Shown piece by piece: positions 49,427 to 58,638 of a stretch of 64,000 bases of DNA; within the stretch, counting starts at the first letter, position 1; every line of letters starts with the position of its first letter. The notes below the pieces were generated by a model. It made no database searches and was not told where the DNA came from. It saw nothing but the letters and a program-made list of their open reading frames with translations. Made by a program: the position numbers and the translations under genes. This DNA is from Candidatus Obscuribacteraceae bacterium (lineage in GTDB: Bacteria > Cyanobacteriota > Vampirovibrionia > Obscuribacterales > Obscuribacteraceae): positions 1,011,435 to 1,075,434 of the forward strand of contig JBGAHS010000002.1 in NCBI GenBank assembly GCA_044226015.1. The letters are read 5' to 3'.

Positions 49427-49813
49427 TTAGTACGAATCAAAAATGAAAGCGCCAGGAAAAACTGGTGTAACAGTGGTGCGAACTGGTGTGTTATAAACAC
49501 CACCGGAGTTAACCGCCTGTACCTGTCCATTCGTAAACGCGCGCTGGGATGAAACCGCAGTGTCAGCCTGATTGGAAACAGCCTGCATAGCCTGGTTCTT
49601 AGCTGTCATAGATTCCACCATTGCACGGTTTACTTTCATTTTTTCGCCTGTCTCAGCCAGGTCTTGGCTAAACTTTTCAAAGTTTGCATCAAAAGCAGAT
49701 GTATGCGAAGTACGAACGGTACGCGAACTTCGTATGGTCTGCGCTTCTGCCGGCAACAATGAGAATCCGACCACTCCTACAACAAACGAAAGTGCGAATA
49801 ATTTTCTCAACAT
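49427..49813 (-). CDS. Small secreted protein
   Basis: Signal peptide ending AEA; probably co-transcribed with ku. Confidence 0.7.
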   Translation of the reverse strand: MLRKLFALSFVVGVVGFSLLPAEAQTIRSSRTVRTSHTSAFDANFEKFSQDLAETGEKMKVNRAMVESMTAKNQAMQAVSNQADTAVSSQRAFTNGQVQAVNSGGVYNTPVRTTVTPVFPGAFIFDSY

Positions 49814-49856
49814 AAAAGAAGTACCTCGTATCTCAATTTAATTCCTTTGTCGAAGA

Positions 49857-49881
49857 GACTAAAAAAATGCCGTGCGGTTCC
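49857..49881 (-). promoter_or_regulatory. ECF-type promoter variant GGAAC-N16-AGTC
   Basis: One-mismatch motif, 43 nt upstream of ATG 49813. Confidence 0.65.
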
Positions 49882-49968
49882 TCTTCATTCTTGAATCTAC
49901 TTATTAGAATTTGCAAAAGACATTCAAAGAGCGATTAAAATAGATCAGTTGGGTCAGGAATTAGCAAA

Positions 49969-51075
49969 TTGCCAAAGCGCAAATCATCAGACAAAGAGCT
50001 TGAGGCAGAGATCGAAGCAACCCTCGATTTGCTTCAAGCTGCAAAAAAGCAAACTGTTATAGAGTTCTCTCAGCACAGAATTGAACTGAGCAATCTTTCC
50101 AAAGTCCTGTTTCCTGGTGACGGCAAATCTCCTGAGCTGACCAAGCGAGACTACTTGATCTATCTTTGCAAGCTGGCACCCGAACTTTTGAGGCACTTGC
50201 ATAACAGGCCGCTCACCATAATTCGGTATCCTGATGGTGTTTTGGGCAAGCGCTTTTTTCAGAAACACTGGATGCACAAGTTGCCTCCTTTCGTTGAAAC
50301 CGTGACCTACTTCAGTGAGCAAAATGATGGAGACAAAGATTATTTACTCTGTAATAACTTCTCCACACTGATGTGGCTCGGACAAATAGCAGCACTTGAA
50401 TTACACACAGTGCACAGTCGCTATGATCAAAAACCCGACGGAAAGTCTCATTCTATGGAAGTGACCGGGTCGGCAGAAATAATCGAGGCTTCAATATTGA
50501 ATTATCCTGATTACCTGATATTGGACCTAGACCCATATCTTTATAGCGGCAAAGAGAAAGAAGGCGATGAGCCCGAGCTACACAAAAAAGGATTTGCGAA
50601 GACATGCAAGGCCGCTCGCACCATCAAAGAAATTCTGGCATCAATGAACCTGGATTCTGTTTACCTTAAAACCAGCGGAAAAACAGGCTTACATGTCTAC
50701 ATTCCAGTAATTCGCAATTGCACAAACGAAGAATTGCGAGCCTTTGCTGGAACCATAGGAAAGCATTTGGTTTCAATCCAGCCAAAGGAGATAACGATTG
50801 AATGGTCTGTAAAGAACCGAACCGGAAAAATATTCTTTGACCACAACATGAATGCCCGAGCAAAGACTCTGCCATCGCCATACTCAACTCGCAATAGTAT
50901 CTATGCTACTGTTTCCACCCCCATCTCGTGGGATGAACTCGAAGATGTTTACCCAACTGACTTCACAGTATTGAGCCTACCAGAGCGCGTCGCAGAGAAA
51001 GGCGATTTGTGGATTGACATTTTGGAAAACAAAACAAACCTGCGACATTTGTTCAATAAGAAAACCCTTGCCTGA
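49969..51075 (+). CDS. LigD primase-polymerase domain protein (stand-alone, no ligase domain)
   Basis: LSNLSKVLFP, RYPDG, FFQKH, LDLDP, KTSGKTGLHVYIP, PYS.R, VSTP..WDEL. Confidence 0.9.
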   Translation: MPKRKSSDKELEAEIEATLDLLQAAKKQTVIEFSQHRIELSNLSKVLFPGDGKSPELTKRDYLIYLCKLAPELLRHLHNRPLTIIRYPDGVLGKRFFQKHWMHKLPPFVETVTYFSEQNDGDKDYLLCNNFSTLMWLGQIAALELHTVHSRYDQKPDGKSHSMEVTGSAEIIEASILNYPDYLILDLDPYLYSGKEKEGDEPELHKKGFAKTCKAARTIKEILASMNLDSVYLKTSGKTGLHVYIPVIRNCTNEELRAFAGTIGKHLVSIQPKEITIEWSVKNRTGKIFFDHNMNARAKTLPSPYSTRNSIYATVSTPISWDELEDVYPTDFTVLSLPERVAEKGDLWIDILENKTNLRHLFNKKTLA

Positions 51076-51234
51076 AGCACCAGGCATTGTGTTACCCACA
51101 TATAATCGACAATTGTCTAGCACCCATCATTATCGCTCCAGGAACCACCTCAGTTCACAAGAAAGTGCTTGCTGAACAAAAAAAACGAGATGCCGCTAAC
51201 GGCACCCCGCTCTTTAGTTTTTTTGCTCATGCAA

Positions 51235-51837
51235 TTAGCTGATCAAATCTGCTAATTCGTCAGCGTGCTCTTCTTCGACCTCAAGAATCTCTTCAAGGAT
51301 GCGACGTGTTGTGGGGTCACACTCTGCCACAAATTGAATCATTTCACGATAGGAATCGATGGCAATTCTCTCTGCAACGAGATTCTCAAAAATCATCTCT
51401 TCGAGTGTTTTTACATCTTTGTATTCAGCGTGGCTCTTTTGGGTCAGCCGATCTGGATGCAAGTCAGGGTCGCCGCCAAGTTGTGTTATGCGCAATGCGA
51501 TTTTGTCAGCGTGGGCTTGCTCTTCGTTGGAGTGAGCGAGAAACTCTTCCGCGACAGGCTCGGAGTCCAAACCTTTGGCCATGAAGTAGTGCTTACGGTA
51601 GCGCAAGACACAGACCAACTCAGTAGCTAACGCTTCATTGAGTATTTTGATAACTGTCTCCTTGTCGCCGGTATAACCTTCAGTTACCGCGCCAGCTTTT
51701 ACGTTCTCTCTAGCTTGCTTGCGCAATTGTTCAACAGGCGTGAAGCTACCATTGTTCTTACACGTTTCCGGCTTGAAATCTTGCTGCCCTGGAACCTTGT
51801 TTCCTTCTACAGCCTCCGAACTTTTTGATTCCTTCAT
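51235..51837 (-). CDS. Bacterioferritin/ferritin-like protein
   Basis: LNEALATELVCVLRY, EEQAHAD, LVAERIAI, EEEHAD. Confidence 0.85.
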   Translation of the reverse strand: MKESKSSEAVEGNKVPGQQDFKPETCKNNGSFTPVEQLRKQARENVKAGAVTEGYTGDKETVIKILNEALATELVCVLRYRKHYFMAKGLDSEPVAEEFLAHSNEEQAHADKIALRITQLGGDPDLHPDRLTQKSHAEYKDVKTLEEMIFENLVAERIAIDSYREMIQFVAECDPTTRRILEEILEVEEEHADELADLIS

Positions 51838-51879
51838 GGAATATTTCCTCCTTATGCAAATGTGATCCGTATTGCCAAT

Positions 51880-52890
51880 CTATCGGCGTGAGCTTGCTGG
51901 CGCCGGATTACCTGGCACCACTTTAGGCATTTCTTTCTCGCTAATTTTTGGGAACAGCTTATTCCTATTCACGTAGATGAGGATAGCTGCAATTGGTGTG
52001 CCTATTGCAATAGACAGAGTTGCCACCACTATCGCTACAATGATCCAGTTCAATTGAGCCTGAACCCGCGACAAGGGTTGCGCAACAGAGCCAATTGGCT
52101 CTTTCAGCTGAATGAGCGGTTCATGAAGTGATGAAATGGACTTCTGCATTTCGTGCAAATCATGACGCACGCCAGTCACTTGTGATTCCATGGCGTTCAA
52201 TTGGCTTTGCATGTCATCGATGCGCGAGTCAACTCCCGTCATCTTGTGCTGCAAGGAAACCATTGGAGGGTTCAGTCCAGCAATCGGACCTTCTAGCTTC
52301 ATAATTTGCTGCTGCAACTTAACAACCATGAGCTGCATATTCTCAATAGGACGCAACGCTTTCTTTATGGGATGAAACCCTTTGATGGGCGGCAGCGTAG
52401 GCGGCTCGAGGTCCTTCTCTGAGACTTCGACACCCGGTACAGAATTAGCAGCACGAGCCGTTTCCTTTGCCTGTTTTGAACTTGTTCCACTTAGCTGGAG
52501 TTTGGCATCAGAGCCAGTTTTCTTAGATTGCTTAGCCTTTTCCTTTTCAGCCTTTTCTTCGGCTTTCTCAGCGGCTTTGGCTTCTTTCTTCGCCTCTTTG
52601 AGCTGCGCTTTTGCAGCCTTTGCCTCCGATTTCGCCTCATCTTTTGCCGACTTAGCGCTATCTTTGCTTTCGTCTGACTGCTCCTTCATTGCATTGACCT
52701 CGGACTGAGAATTGTCCTCGGTTCCTGCATTTTTTTTGTCGCTATCGTCACCCTTTGCAATAAGCACTCTCGAATGATTTCCTTCATTCAAGTTTTGAGA
52801 TAACTGAGCTTGTGCGCTGCCAACAGCACAGGTCAGCGACAATAAAATGGCGCAATTAGCTAACAGTAGTTGTTTCGATTGCAACATCAT
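51880..52890 (-). CDS. Secreted coiled-coil protein with C-terminal TM anchor
   Basis: Signal peptide, K/A/E-rich region, heptad repeats, TM. Confidence 0.7.
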   Translation of the reverse strand: MMLQSKQLLLANCAILLSLTCAVGSAQAQLSQNLNEGNHSRVLIAKGDDSDKKNAGTEDNSQSEVNAMKEQSDESKDSAKSAKDEAKSEAKAAKAQLKEAKKEAKAAEKAEEKAEKEKAKQSKKTGSDAKLQLSGTSSKQAKETARAANSVPGVEVSEKDLEPPTLPPIKGFHPIKKALRPIENMQLMVVKLQQQIMKLEGPIAGLNPPMVSLQHKMTGVDSRIDDMQSQLNAMESQVTGVRHDLHEMQKSISSLHEPLIQLKEPIGSVAQPLSRVQAQLNWIIVAIVVATLSIAIGTPIAAILIYVNRNKLFPKISEKEMPKVVPGNPAPASSRR

Positions 52891-53626
52891 GATCCGCCTT
52901 TTTCTCCATGTTTAACCACTTCTGAGCACCACGAGTGTGCAGTCCAGCAATCGATGTAAAAATCGATGCTAGAAGGATGCCTCCAAAACAAACCGCTAGA
53001 GCTGCTCTGTAAGCTGGGGTGGGATCGCTTAAATGATAAGCTGACAAATAGCTCATACCAAACATTGCAATTACAAACACAACTGAACTCAACCAGCTAA
53101 GAGTGAATACAAGTTTCTCTCTACGGTCTTGCTCGTCCATAAGAGGTGGGTCTACTTCAATGGCGCCGAGTTTTTGCATAATTTTCTGAGACTCGAGCTC
53201 TTCTCGTTCTCTTTCGGCTTCGACTCCCACCCAGATTTTTCCACGAGTCATGTTTGACTCATGAATTTCATCTGCGCGCTCAGCAACGTCGCCTCGGGTC
53301 ACAGCTCCGAGCATTAGTCCTACATAACCGCCAGCACAAGCGCCGCTTACGGCAGCATACAGCCCTACGAAGAGATTCGTCGCCGTATGGAGTATGACGG
53401 TGCTACCCAAAGCAACCACTATTCCGATGGCTGCGCCAGAAATGACTGACTGCATTAGGAAGGCTAAACTATCTTCGGGGTACACATCATCTCTGAATGT
53501 CTGGGCATCGCGTTGGCGGCTGCCAAAAACAGATATTCTGGATGAATCAATTCCAGCTCCCTTCAAATCTTCGACGACCTGAGCAGCTACGCCGTAATCA
53601 TCGAATGCACCTGTTACTGTACTCAT
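52856..53626 (-). CDS. General stress membrane protein (YflT-like N-terminus)
   Basis: TVTGAFDD...A..VVEDLK.AG...RISV; Gly-rich TMs. Confidence 0.65.
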   Translation of the reverse strand: MSTVTGAFDDYGVAAQVVEDLKGAGIDSSRISVFGSRQRDAQTFRDDVYPEDSLAFLMQSVISGAAIGIVVALGSTVILHTATNLFVGLYAAVSGACAGGYVGLMLGAVTRGDVAERADEIHESNMTRGKIWVGVEAEREREELESQKIMQKLGAIEVDPPLMDEQDRREKLVFTLSWLSSVVFVIAMFGMSYLSAYHLSDPTPAYRAALAVCFGGILLASIFTSIAGLHTRGAQKWLNMEKKADHDVAIETTTVS

Positions 53627-53961
53627 ACTGCCTCCTGGACATAATCGTCGCCAGCTTGATCAACTTCGCTCTGTAGCACTTCTTTTACTTTTTCTGCTTT
53701 CTGAGCCAATTCGCGGCTTTTTTCTGCCACAGCATCAGCCACTTGTTCGCTCTTGTTCTTCACGTTTTCAGCAATGTTTTTGCCTTTTTCTTTCAAGTCT
53801 TCTCTCAGTTCTTTACCGGACTTAGTAGCTGATAGGGCTCCTACTGCCATGCCTGCGCCCATTCCCGCCAGGATGCCCGCCACTGCACCAGCGGCGACAC
53901 CAGCATAGAACGCAACCTCTATCGCTTTACCGACGCCTACTTTCCAAAGATCTCCCAGCAT
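53623..53961 (-). CDS. YtxH-like general stress protein
   Basis: Gly/Ala-rich TM followed by KSGKELREDLK helical tail; GGAGG RBS. Confidence 0.75.
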   Translation of the reverse strand: MLGDLWKVGVGKAIEVAFYAGVAAGAVAGILAGMGAGMAVGALSATKSGKELREDLKEKGKNIAENVKNKSEQVADAVAEKSRELAQKAEKVKEVLQSEVDQAGDDYVQEAV

Positions 53962-54025
53962 GTGATTTCTCCTCCCGCGGATGCACGCGAATTCATCTAC
54001 TTAATTGCCGACTTCGTAAATGCTT

Positions 54026-54050
54026 GGCGCAAGGATTACAGAATTGTTCC
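54026..54050 (-). promoter_or_regulatory. ECF-type promoter variant GGAAC-N16-CGCC
   Basis: One-mismatch motif, 64 nt upstream of ATG 53961. Confidence 0.55.
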
Positions 54051-54085
54051 GTAAAACCCAAAAACGTGAATCCAAATGAATTCTC

Positions 54086-54110
54086 GGAACAGGAAAATTA
54101 GCTTTGCGTC
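54086..54110 (+). promoter_or_regulatory. ECF-type promoter GGAAC-N16-CGTC
   Basis: Exact motif; implies true start ATG 54154 (43 nt downstream). Confidence 0.75.
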
Positions 54111-54153
54111 TGAGCAGAAATCTAAACTAAACCCATTCTTGGCTGGAAATGAT

Positions 54154-55860
54154 ATGCACGACAAATTAGCGCTCAACTCAAAACACTTCAAACAATACAA
54201 AGAGATCGCTCCGCTTCTTCTCAAACTCTGGAAAGGAACTAATGCTGAGAAAGAGGATTCTGCTGTTGTACTGGATTCTTTGAAAGATGCGAGAATGACA
54301 AAAGCATTTTCGCCGCCTCAAATAATTGATGCAAGTCCAGCTCCGAGCATCTGGGCATTCGTTCAAGAAGTAGAAAAGCTGGGTCCAACATATATAAGGT
54401 TGGCACAGCTGTTGGCTCTGAGACCAAATCTATTGCCAATGAATTACATCGATGCAATTCCCCTACTTGGACAAAAGTCTGAAGCACTTTCATACCTTGA
54501 TGTGAAAGCTACAATAGAAAAAGAACTAGGCTACAGTTTAGATCTTGCCTTCCGCAGTGTGGAAGAACTTCCCATCGCAGTGTCCCCTTTCTATCAAATA
54601 CATAAGGCAATTACCCGCGAAGGAACAGAGGTCGTCGTAAAAGTTCAAAAGCCTGGCGTGAAAGAGAAGGTAGTCGATGACCTTGAAGCCATGAACGAAA
54701 TGGCTCAAATCTACGACAAATATTCTGGACCAGAAGAAGAGTTCGAAATTCAAGATGCTCTGCAAGATTTTCGTGCGACGATTTTAGCAGAACTAGATTA
54801 TCGCCAAGAAGCACATAATCTAAAAACAATGGCTAAGTACTTAAAACATCTGGATGGAATTATCATTCCATCACCGATAGATGGACTATCAGGAGAGAAA
54901 ATACTAACCGGACACTTCATCAAAGGCGAGTACTTGAACGAAGCAAACATGGTCGGATTGTTGAAATCAGAACGTGCAAAACTAGCAGAGCAAGTATTCA
55001 CGGCGTATCTTCAACAGTTCCTCGTTGACGGATTTGTTCATGCAGACCCATCACCGAAAAAATTACTGCTGACCAAGGAAGGTCGAGTAGCGCTCGTTAA
55101 CCTCTCAACAGTAGATCGCATCAATCCCTCTATACAAGCGAAACTCATACAGTTGCTTTTGTCCATCACGGAGGGACGTTCAGAACAAGCAACTCAGTTG
55201 ATACTATCTCTGTGTAAACGACGAAAGAACTTCGATGAAACCCGCTTTCGCCGAACGATCAGCGACATCGTCCTAACGCATAAAGATATTGCCCTCGAAC
55301 AATCACAGGTGGGCAGCATATTTCGAGGCATAATTCAAACGGCGGCTATGTATGGTGCGGCGTTACCGTGGGAACTCTCTGAATTGGGCACAATGCTGAT
55401 TAAGTTGGAATCAGTGGCTGGATTACTTGACCCGAAATTCGATTCAAATCAATTCCTAAAAAAGGCTGTAGGTCAAATCATGCAGAAGCACGTGCTTGAT
55501 GCACTCTCGCCAGCGCATGTTTTTCACACAGTAGTTGAAGCACTGGAGTTCGTAGAGAATTTGCCACAGCAAATTTCCCAGATACTGAATTCTCTCGCCA
55601 ATAACAACCTTGAAGTCACAGTCCATACAATCGACGAAGAAGTATTGATAGGCGGCTTCCAGAAAATTGCTAACCGCATTACCGTTGGCATTGTGCTTGC
55701 TGCCTTGATTATAGGGGCAGCAATGCTAATGCGTGTTCCAACTAATTTCACCATATTTGGGTATCCAGGACTGGCGATGATTTGTTTTCTCGCCGCTGCG
55801 GGTTTTGGATTTCTTCTGGTAATTGAAATCATATTTGGTGATCGCAAGAAGCATGGATAA
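54154..55860 (+). CDS. ABC1/UbiB atypical kinase family protein, catalytically degenerate
   Basis: LGPTY, VVVKVQKP, ELDYRQEA, GFVHADP, two C-terminal TMs. Confidence 0.85.
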   Translation: MHDKLALNSKHFKQYKEIAPLLLKLWKGTNAEKEDSAVVLDSLKDARMTKAFSPPQIIDASPAPSIWAFVQEVEKLGPTYIRLAQLLALRPNLLPMNYIDAIPLLGQKSEALSYLDVKATIEKELGYSLDLAFRSVEELPIAVSPFYQIHKAITREGTEVVVKVQKPGVKEKVVDDLEAMNEMAQIYDKYSGPEEEFEIQDALQDFRATILAELDYRQEAHNLKTMAKYLKHLDGIIIPSPIDGLSGEKILTGHFIKGEYLNEANMVGLLKSERAKLAEQVFTAYLQQFLVDGFVHADPSPKKLLLTKEGRVALVNLSTVDRINPSIQAKLIQLLLSITEGRSEQATQLILSLCKRRKNFDETRFRRTISDIVLTHKDIALEQSQVGSIFRGIIQTAAMYGAALPWELSELGTMLIKLESVAGLLDPKFDSNQFLKKAVGQIMQKHVLDALSPAHVFHTVVEALEFVENLPQQISQILNSLANNNLEVTVHTIDEEVLIGGFQKIANRITVGIVLAALIIGAAMLMRVPTNFTIFGYPGLAMICFLAAAGFGFLLVIEIIFGDRKKHG

Positions 55861-55901
55861 TAACTTTCAGCTCTGCGTAACTGCAAATTATTCGGATGAA
55901 T

Positions 55902-55936
55902 AAAGGAAAGGAGAGGCAACACCTCTCCTTTCCTTT
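55902..55936. terminator. Bidirectional terminator
   Basis: AAAGGAAAGGAGAGG...CCTCTCCTTTCCTTT between convergent genes. Confidence 0.75.
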
Positions 55937-55967
55937 CACTTTTAGCTTTCGCATTCCAACGATGCAT

Positions 55968-57077
55968 TTACTTTTTCGAGCCAGATTCGGCTTGAACTAA
56001 TTTAGGCTTTTTCACTCCAGCCTTTTCTACAACCAAGTCACCATCAGGCTTGCTAGTCAAAAACAGCGACTTGATTTGGACGAGGGCTCCTGTCTCGGCA
56101 GACTCACGAATTGCGTCCAGCACTTTGACGTCGTTCGCGCCCTCGTAACCATTTGGCACTGGCTCTTTGTTTTCCAAAATGCATTCAGAAAAATGTAAGA
56201 GCTCAGGTGCGAATTGATCTCGCTTTGGGGTCTTGTGTACTTCAGTCTTATCGTCCTTGGTTAGTTTGTATTCAAGTTCTACTTCGTAGTCATAAGCAGG
56301 CTCCATTGAAATAGCGCCATCAGTACCTACGATTTCATAACGAGACATACTCACAGCACCAAAGCTGCACATAAACGAGGCCAGTCTTTCATCAGGAAAT
56401 TTCAATATCACCGCCGCACTCTCCTCGATGTCTTTGAATCGACTGTCCTTACCGTATGTGACTTGTGCCATAACTTCTGTCGGCTCATCACCAAACAAGT
56501 ATCTCGCCGCATTCAAACAGTAGATACCGATATCATTTAGCGGTCCCCCACCTTTCTCTCCCTTGGTGCGAATGTTGTCCTCTTTGACTTGCAGCGTAAA
56601 AGTGGAGTTGAAGACTCGCGGGTCACCAATCTTGCCTGATTTGATCAGGTCAACAACAGTCATGTTTGTCTTTTCAAAGTGAAGTCTATAGGCAATCATC
56701 AACTTCACGTTGTTGCTTGAAGCGGCACGTATCATCTCAAGACACTCGGCTTCTGAAGTAGCCATAGGCTTCTCACAAAGCACGTGTATTCCTGCTTCAG
56801 CAGCCTTCACCGCGTACTCACGGTGCATATCATTTGGCAACGCAATATACACGGCATCAAATGCACCACTCTGTAGTGCTAAATCATACTCTTCGTAAGT
56901 CCAGTTCTTTTCCACCCCATACATTTTGCTGAGTTCGGAAACTTTTTCTGGACTGTCAGAAATAAATGCGGTCAGTTCGCATTTATCTTTCGCATGTCGA
57001 AACGCTGGTAGTACCGCAACTTGGGCTATGTGACCAAGCCCTACCACTGCGAATCGGACTTTTTTCTTATCTGACAT
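55968..57077 (-). CDS. Gfo/Idh/MocA oxidoreductase (glucose-fructose oxidoreductase-like)
   Basis: VVGLGHIA, AVYIALPN..H, HVLCEKPM, GGGPL.DIGIY; GGAGG RBS before 57077. Confidence 0.9.
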   Translation of the reverse strand: MSDKKKVRFAVVGLGHIAQVAVLPAFRHAKDKCELTAFISDSPEKVSELSKMYGVEKNWTYEEYDLALQSGAFDAVYIALPNDMHREYAVKAAEAGIHVLCEKPMATSEAECLEMIRAASSNNVKLMIAYRLHFEKTNMTVVDLIKSGKIGDPRVFNSTFTLQVKEDNIRTKGEKGGGPLNDIGIYCLNAARYLFGDEPTEVMAQVTYGKDSRFKDIEESAAVILKFPDERLASFMCSFGAVSMSRYEIVGTDGAISMEPAYDYEVELEYKLTKDDKTEVHKTPKRDQFAPELLHFSECILENKEPVPNGYEGANDVKVLDAIRESAETGALVQIKSLFLTSKPDGDLVVEKAGVKKPKLVQAESGSKK

Positions 57078-57141
57078 AACAATTCCTCCACGAAACATTC
57101 AATCGAATGTTTTAAAGATCGCAATCCTTGATTCGAGAGCT

Positions 57142-57166
57142 GACGGCACGCTAGGAACCTGGTTCC
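57142..57166 (-). promoter_or_regulatory. ECF-type promoter GGAAC-N16-CGTC
   Basis: Exact motif, 64 nt upstream of ATG 57077. Confidence 0.8.
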
Positions 57167-57229
57167 TGCTGAGTTTTCCATGAGCGAAGAAAGACGCTGG
57201 CTTGCAAATACGTAATACGTAAATTGAAT

Positions 57230-57254
57230 GGAACTCAAAGCATAGAGCTCCGTC
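57230..57254 (+). promoter_or_regulatory. ECF-type promoter GGAAC-N16-CGTC
   Basis: Exact motif, 29 nt upstream of ATG 57284. Confidence 0.8.
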
Positions 57255-57283
57255 TTTTCGAACACGAAACAGGTGAGGTCGCT

Positions 57284-57445
57284 ATGAGAATGAGAATGCC
57301 GGAATTTTTACGAAAAGATGATGATGCACGTCGTTTAGCCATATTTGGTGCGCTCGTAATTCTTTTTGGAATTTGTTACGAAACCGTAAATCTGACACAT
57401 CCGAATCAGATTGCGTCGAGCGGCAACAGAAGCTCGACTTATTAG
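57284..57445 (+). CDS. Small single-TM membrane protein
   Basis: GGTGAGG RBS; 53 aa with one hydrophobic helix. Confidence 0.6.
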   Translation: MRMRMPEFLRKDDDARRLAIFGALVILFGICYETVNLTHPNQIASSGNRSSTY

Positions 57446-57594
57446 AAGTGTTAGAACAAAAATGTAGGGCTGCAGAATTAGTGGCAGCCCTTTTTCTTGC
57501 ATGTTACTCTTGAAATGGTGTCTGAAAGTCGCGAGAGACAAACTCTTGCGTAAATGCGCTTTTAAACGGGCGCTATTTTTTTTGTGGGTAGACT

Positions 57595-58638
57595 ATGGCA
57601 AGAATTAAAAGCACAATCAAAACTAACGAGTCCATCTTACTAAGCGATGAATACGCTAACAACTTCGAATTTCACATTCCGAGAGAATTTGTTGATCATC
57701 CACAAATGGGAGAATTCGACGAGTCGGGAGAAGAGGTCACTGCATTTTCTGAAGACGATGAGCAAAGCGAACTTGAAACCTCTTCAACCTACACATTTGT
57801 TTCAGGCACTGAAAATGATGGTGTAAAAACCTATCTGAAGAACATTGGTAGGCACAAACTTCTTGAAAAAGCGGAAGAAATAGCCTTAAGTAGAGCCGCT
57901 AAAACTGGTGACATGGAAGCCCGGTCAAAAATCATTCAGTCTAACCTACGCCTTGTTGTGAGCATCGCAAAACACTATCAAAATCGCGGCTTGAGTTTGC
58001 TCGATCTTATTCAGGAAGGTAATCTTGGACTGATGAAAGCTGTGGAAAAGTTTGATCCGAAAAAGGGCTTTAAATTCTCAACTTATGCGACATGGTGGAT
58101 CCGTCAAGCAATCGGTCGAGCTATTTCAAACGATGGGCGCACAATACGAATACCAGTTCATCTAAGCGAAGCAAAAAACAAAGTCTATAGAGCAGTAGAA
58201 ACACTAAGCAAAGACCTCGGACGGGCGCCGACTATAGAAGAGATAGCAGAGCTTACAAAAGTAAGAACAGAAACACTTAAACAGATATATCAAGCATTCA
58301 AAGATCCCCTTTCTCTCGATGGCAAAATACGAGACGACTTCGATGCAGATCTCAAAGATTTTGTAGCAGACAAAAACTCCCTGAAACCAGAGAAATTGGT
58401 CGAATCACGCATTTTGAAAAACAAAATAAGATCTTTACTTGAGCGCCTGAAATCGCAAGAACGCGAAGTCATTCAATTACGTTATGGTTTAGACGGAACG
58501 CAAACATTGACGCAAGAACAAATCGGCAAGCGTATGGGGTGCTCTCAACAACGAATTCGCCAGATAGAAAGTCGCGCTTTGCGGAAACTTGGACACGCCG
58601 CTACAGCTCGCAAGTTACTCGACGATTTAAACCATTAG
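57595..58638 (+). CDS. RpoD/group-2-like sigma-70 factor
   Basis: [40 protein letters not shown]. Confidence 0.92.
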   Translation: MARIKSTIKTNESILLSDEYANNFEFHIPREFVDHPQMGEFDESGEEVTAFSEDDEQSELETSSTYTFVSGTENDGVKTYLKNIGRHKLLEKAEEIALSRAAKTGDMEARSKIIQSNLRLVVSIAKHYQNRGLSLLDLIQEGNLGLMKAVEKFDPKKGFKFSTYATWWIRQAIGRAISNDGRTIRIPVHLSEAKNKVYRAVETLSKDLGRAPTIEEIAELTKVRTETLKQIYQAFKDPLSLDGKIRDDFDADLKDFVADKNSLKPEKLVESRILKNKIRSLLERLKSQEREVIQLRYGLDGTQTLTQEQIGKRMGCSQQRIRQIESRALRKLGHAATARKLLDDLNH

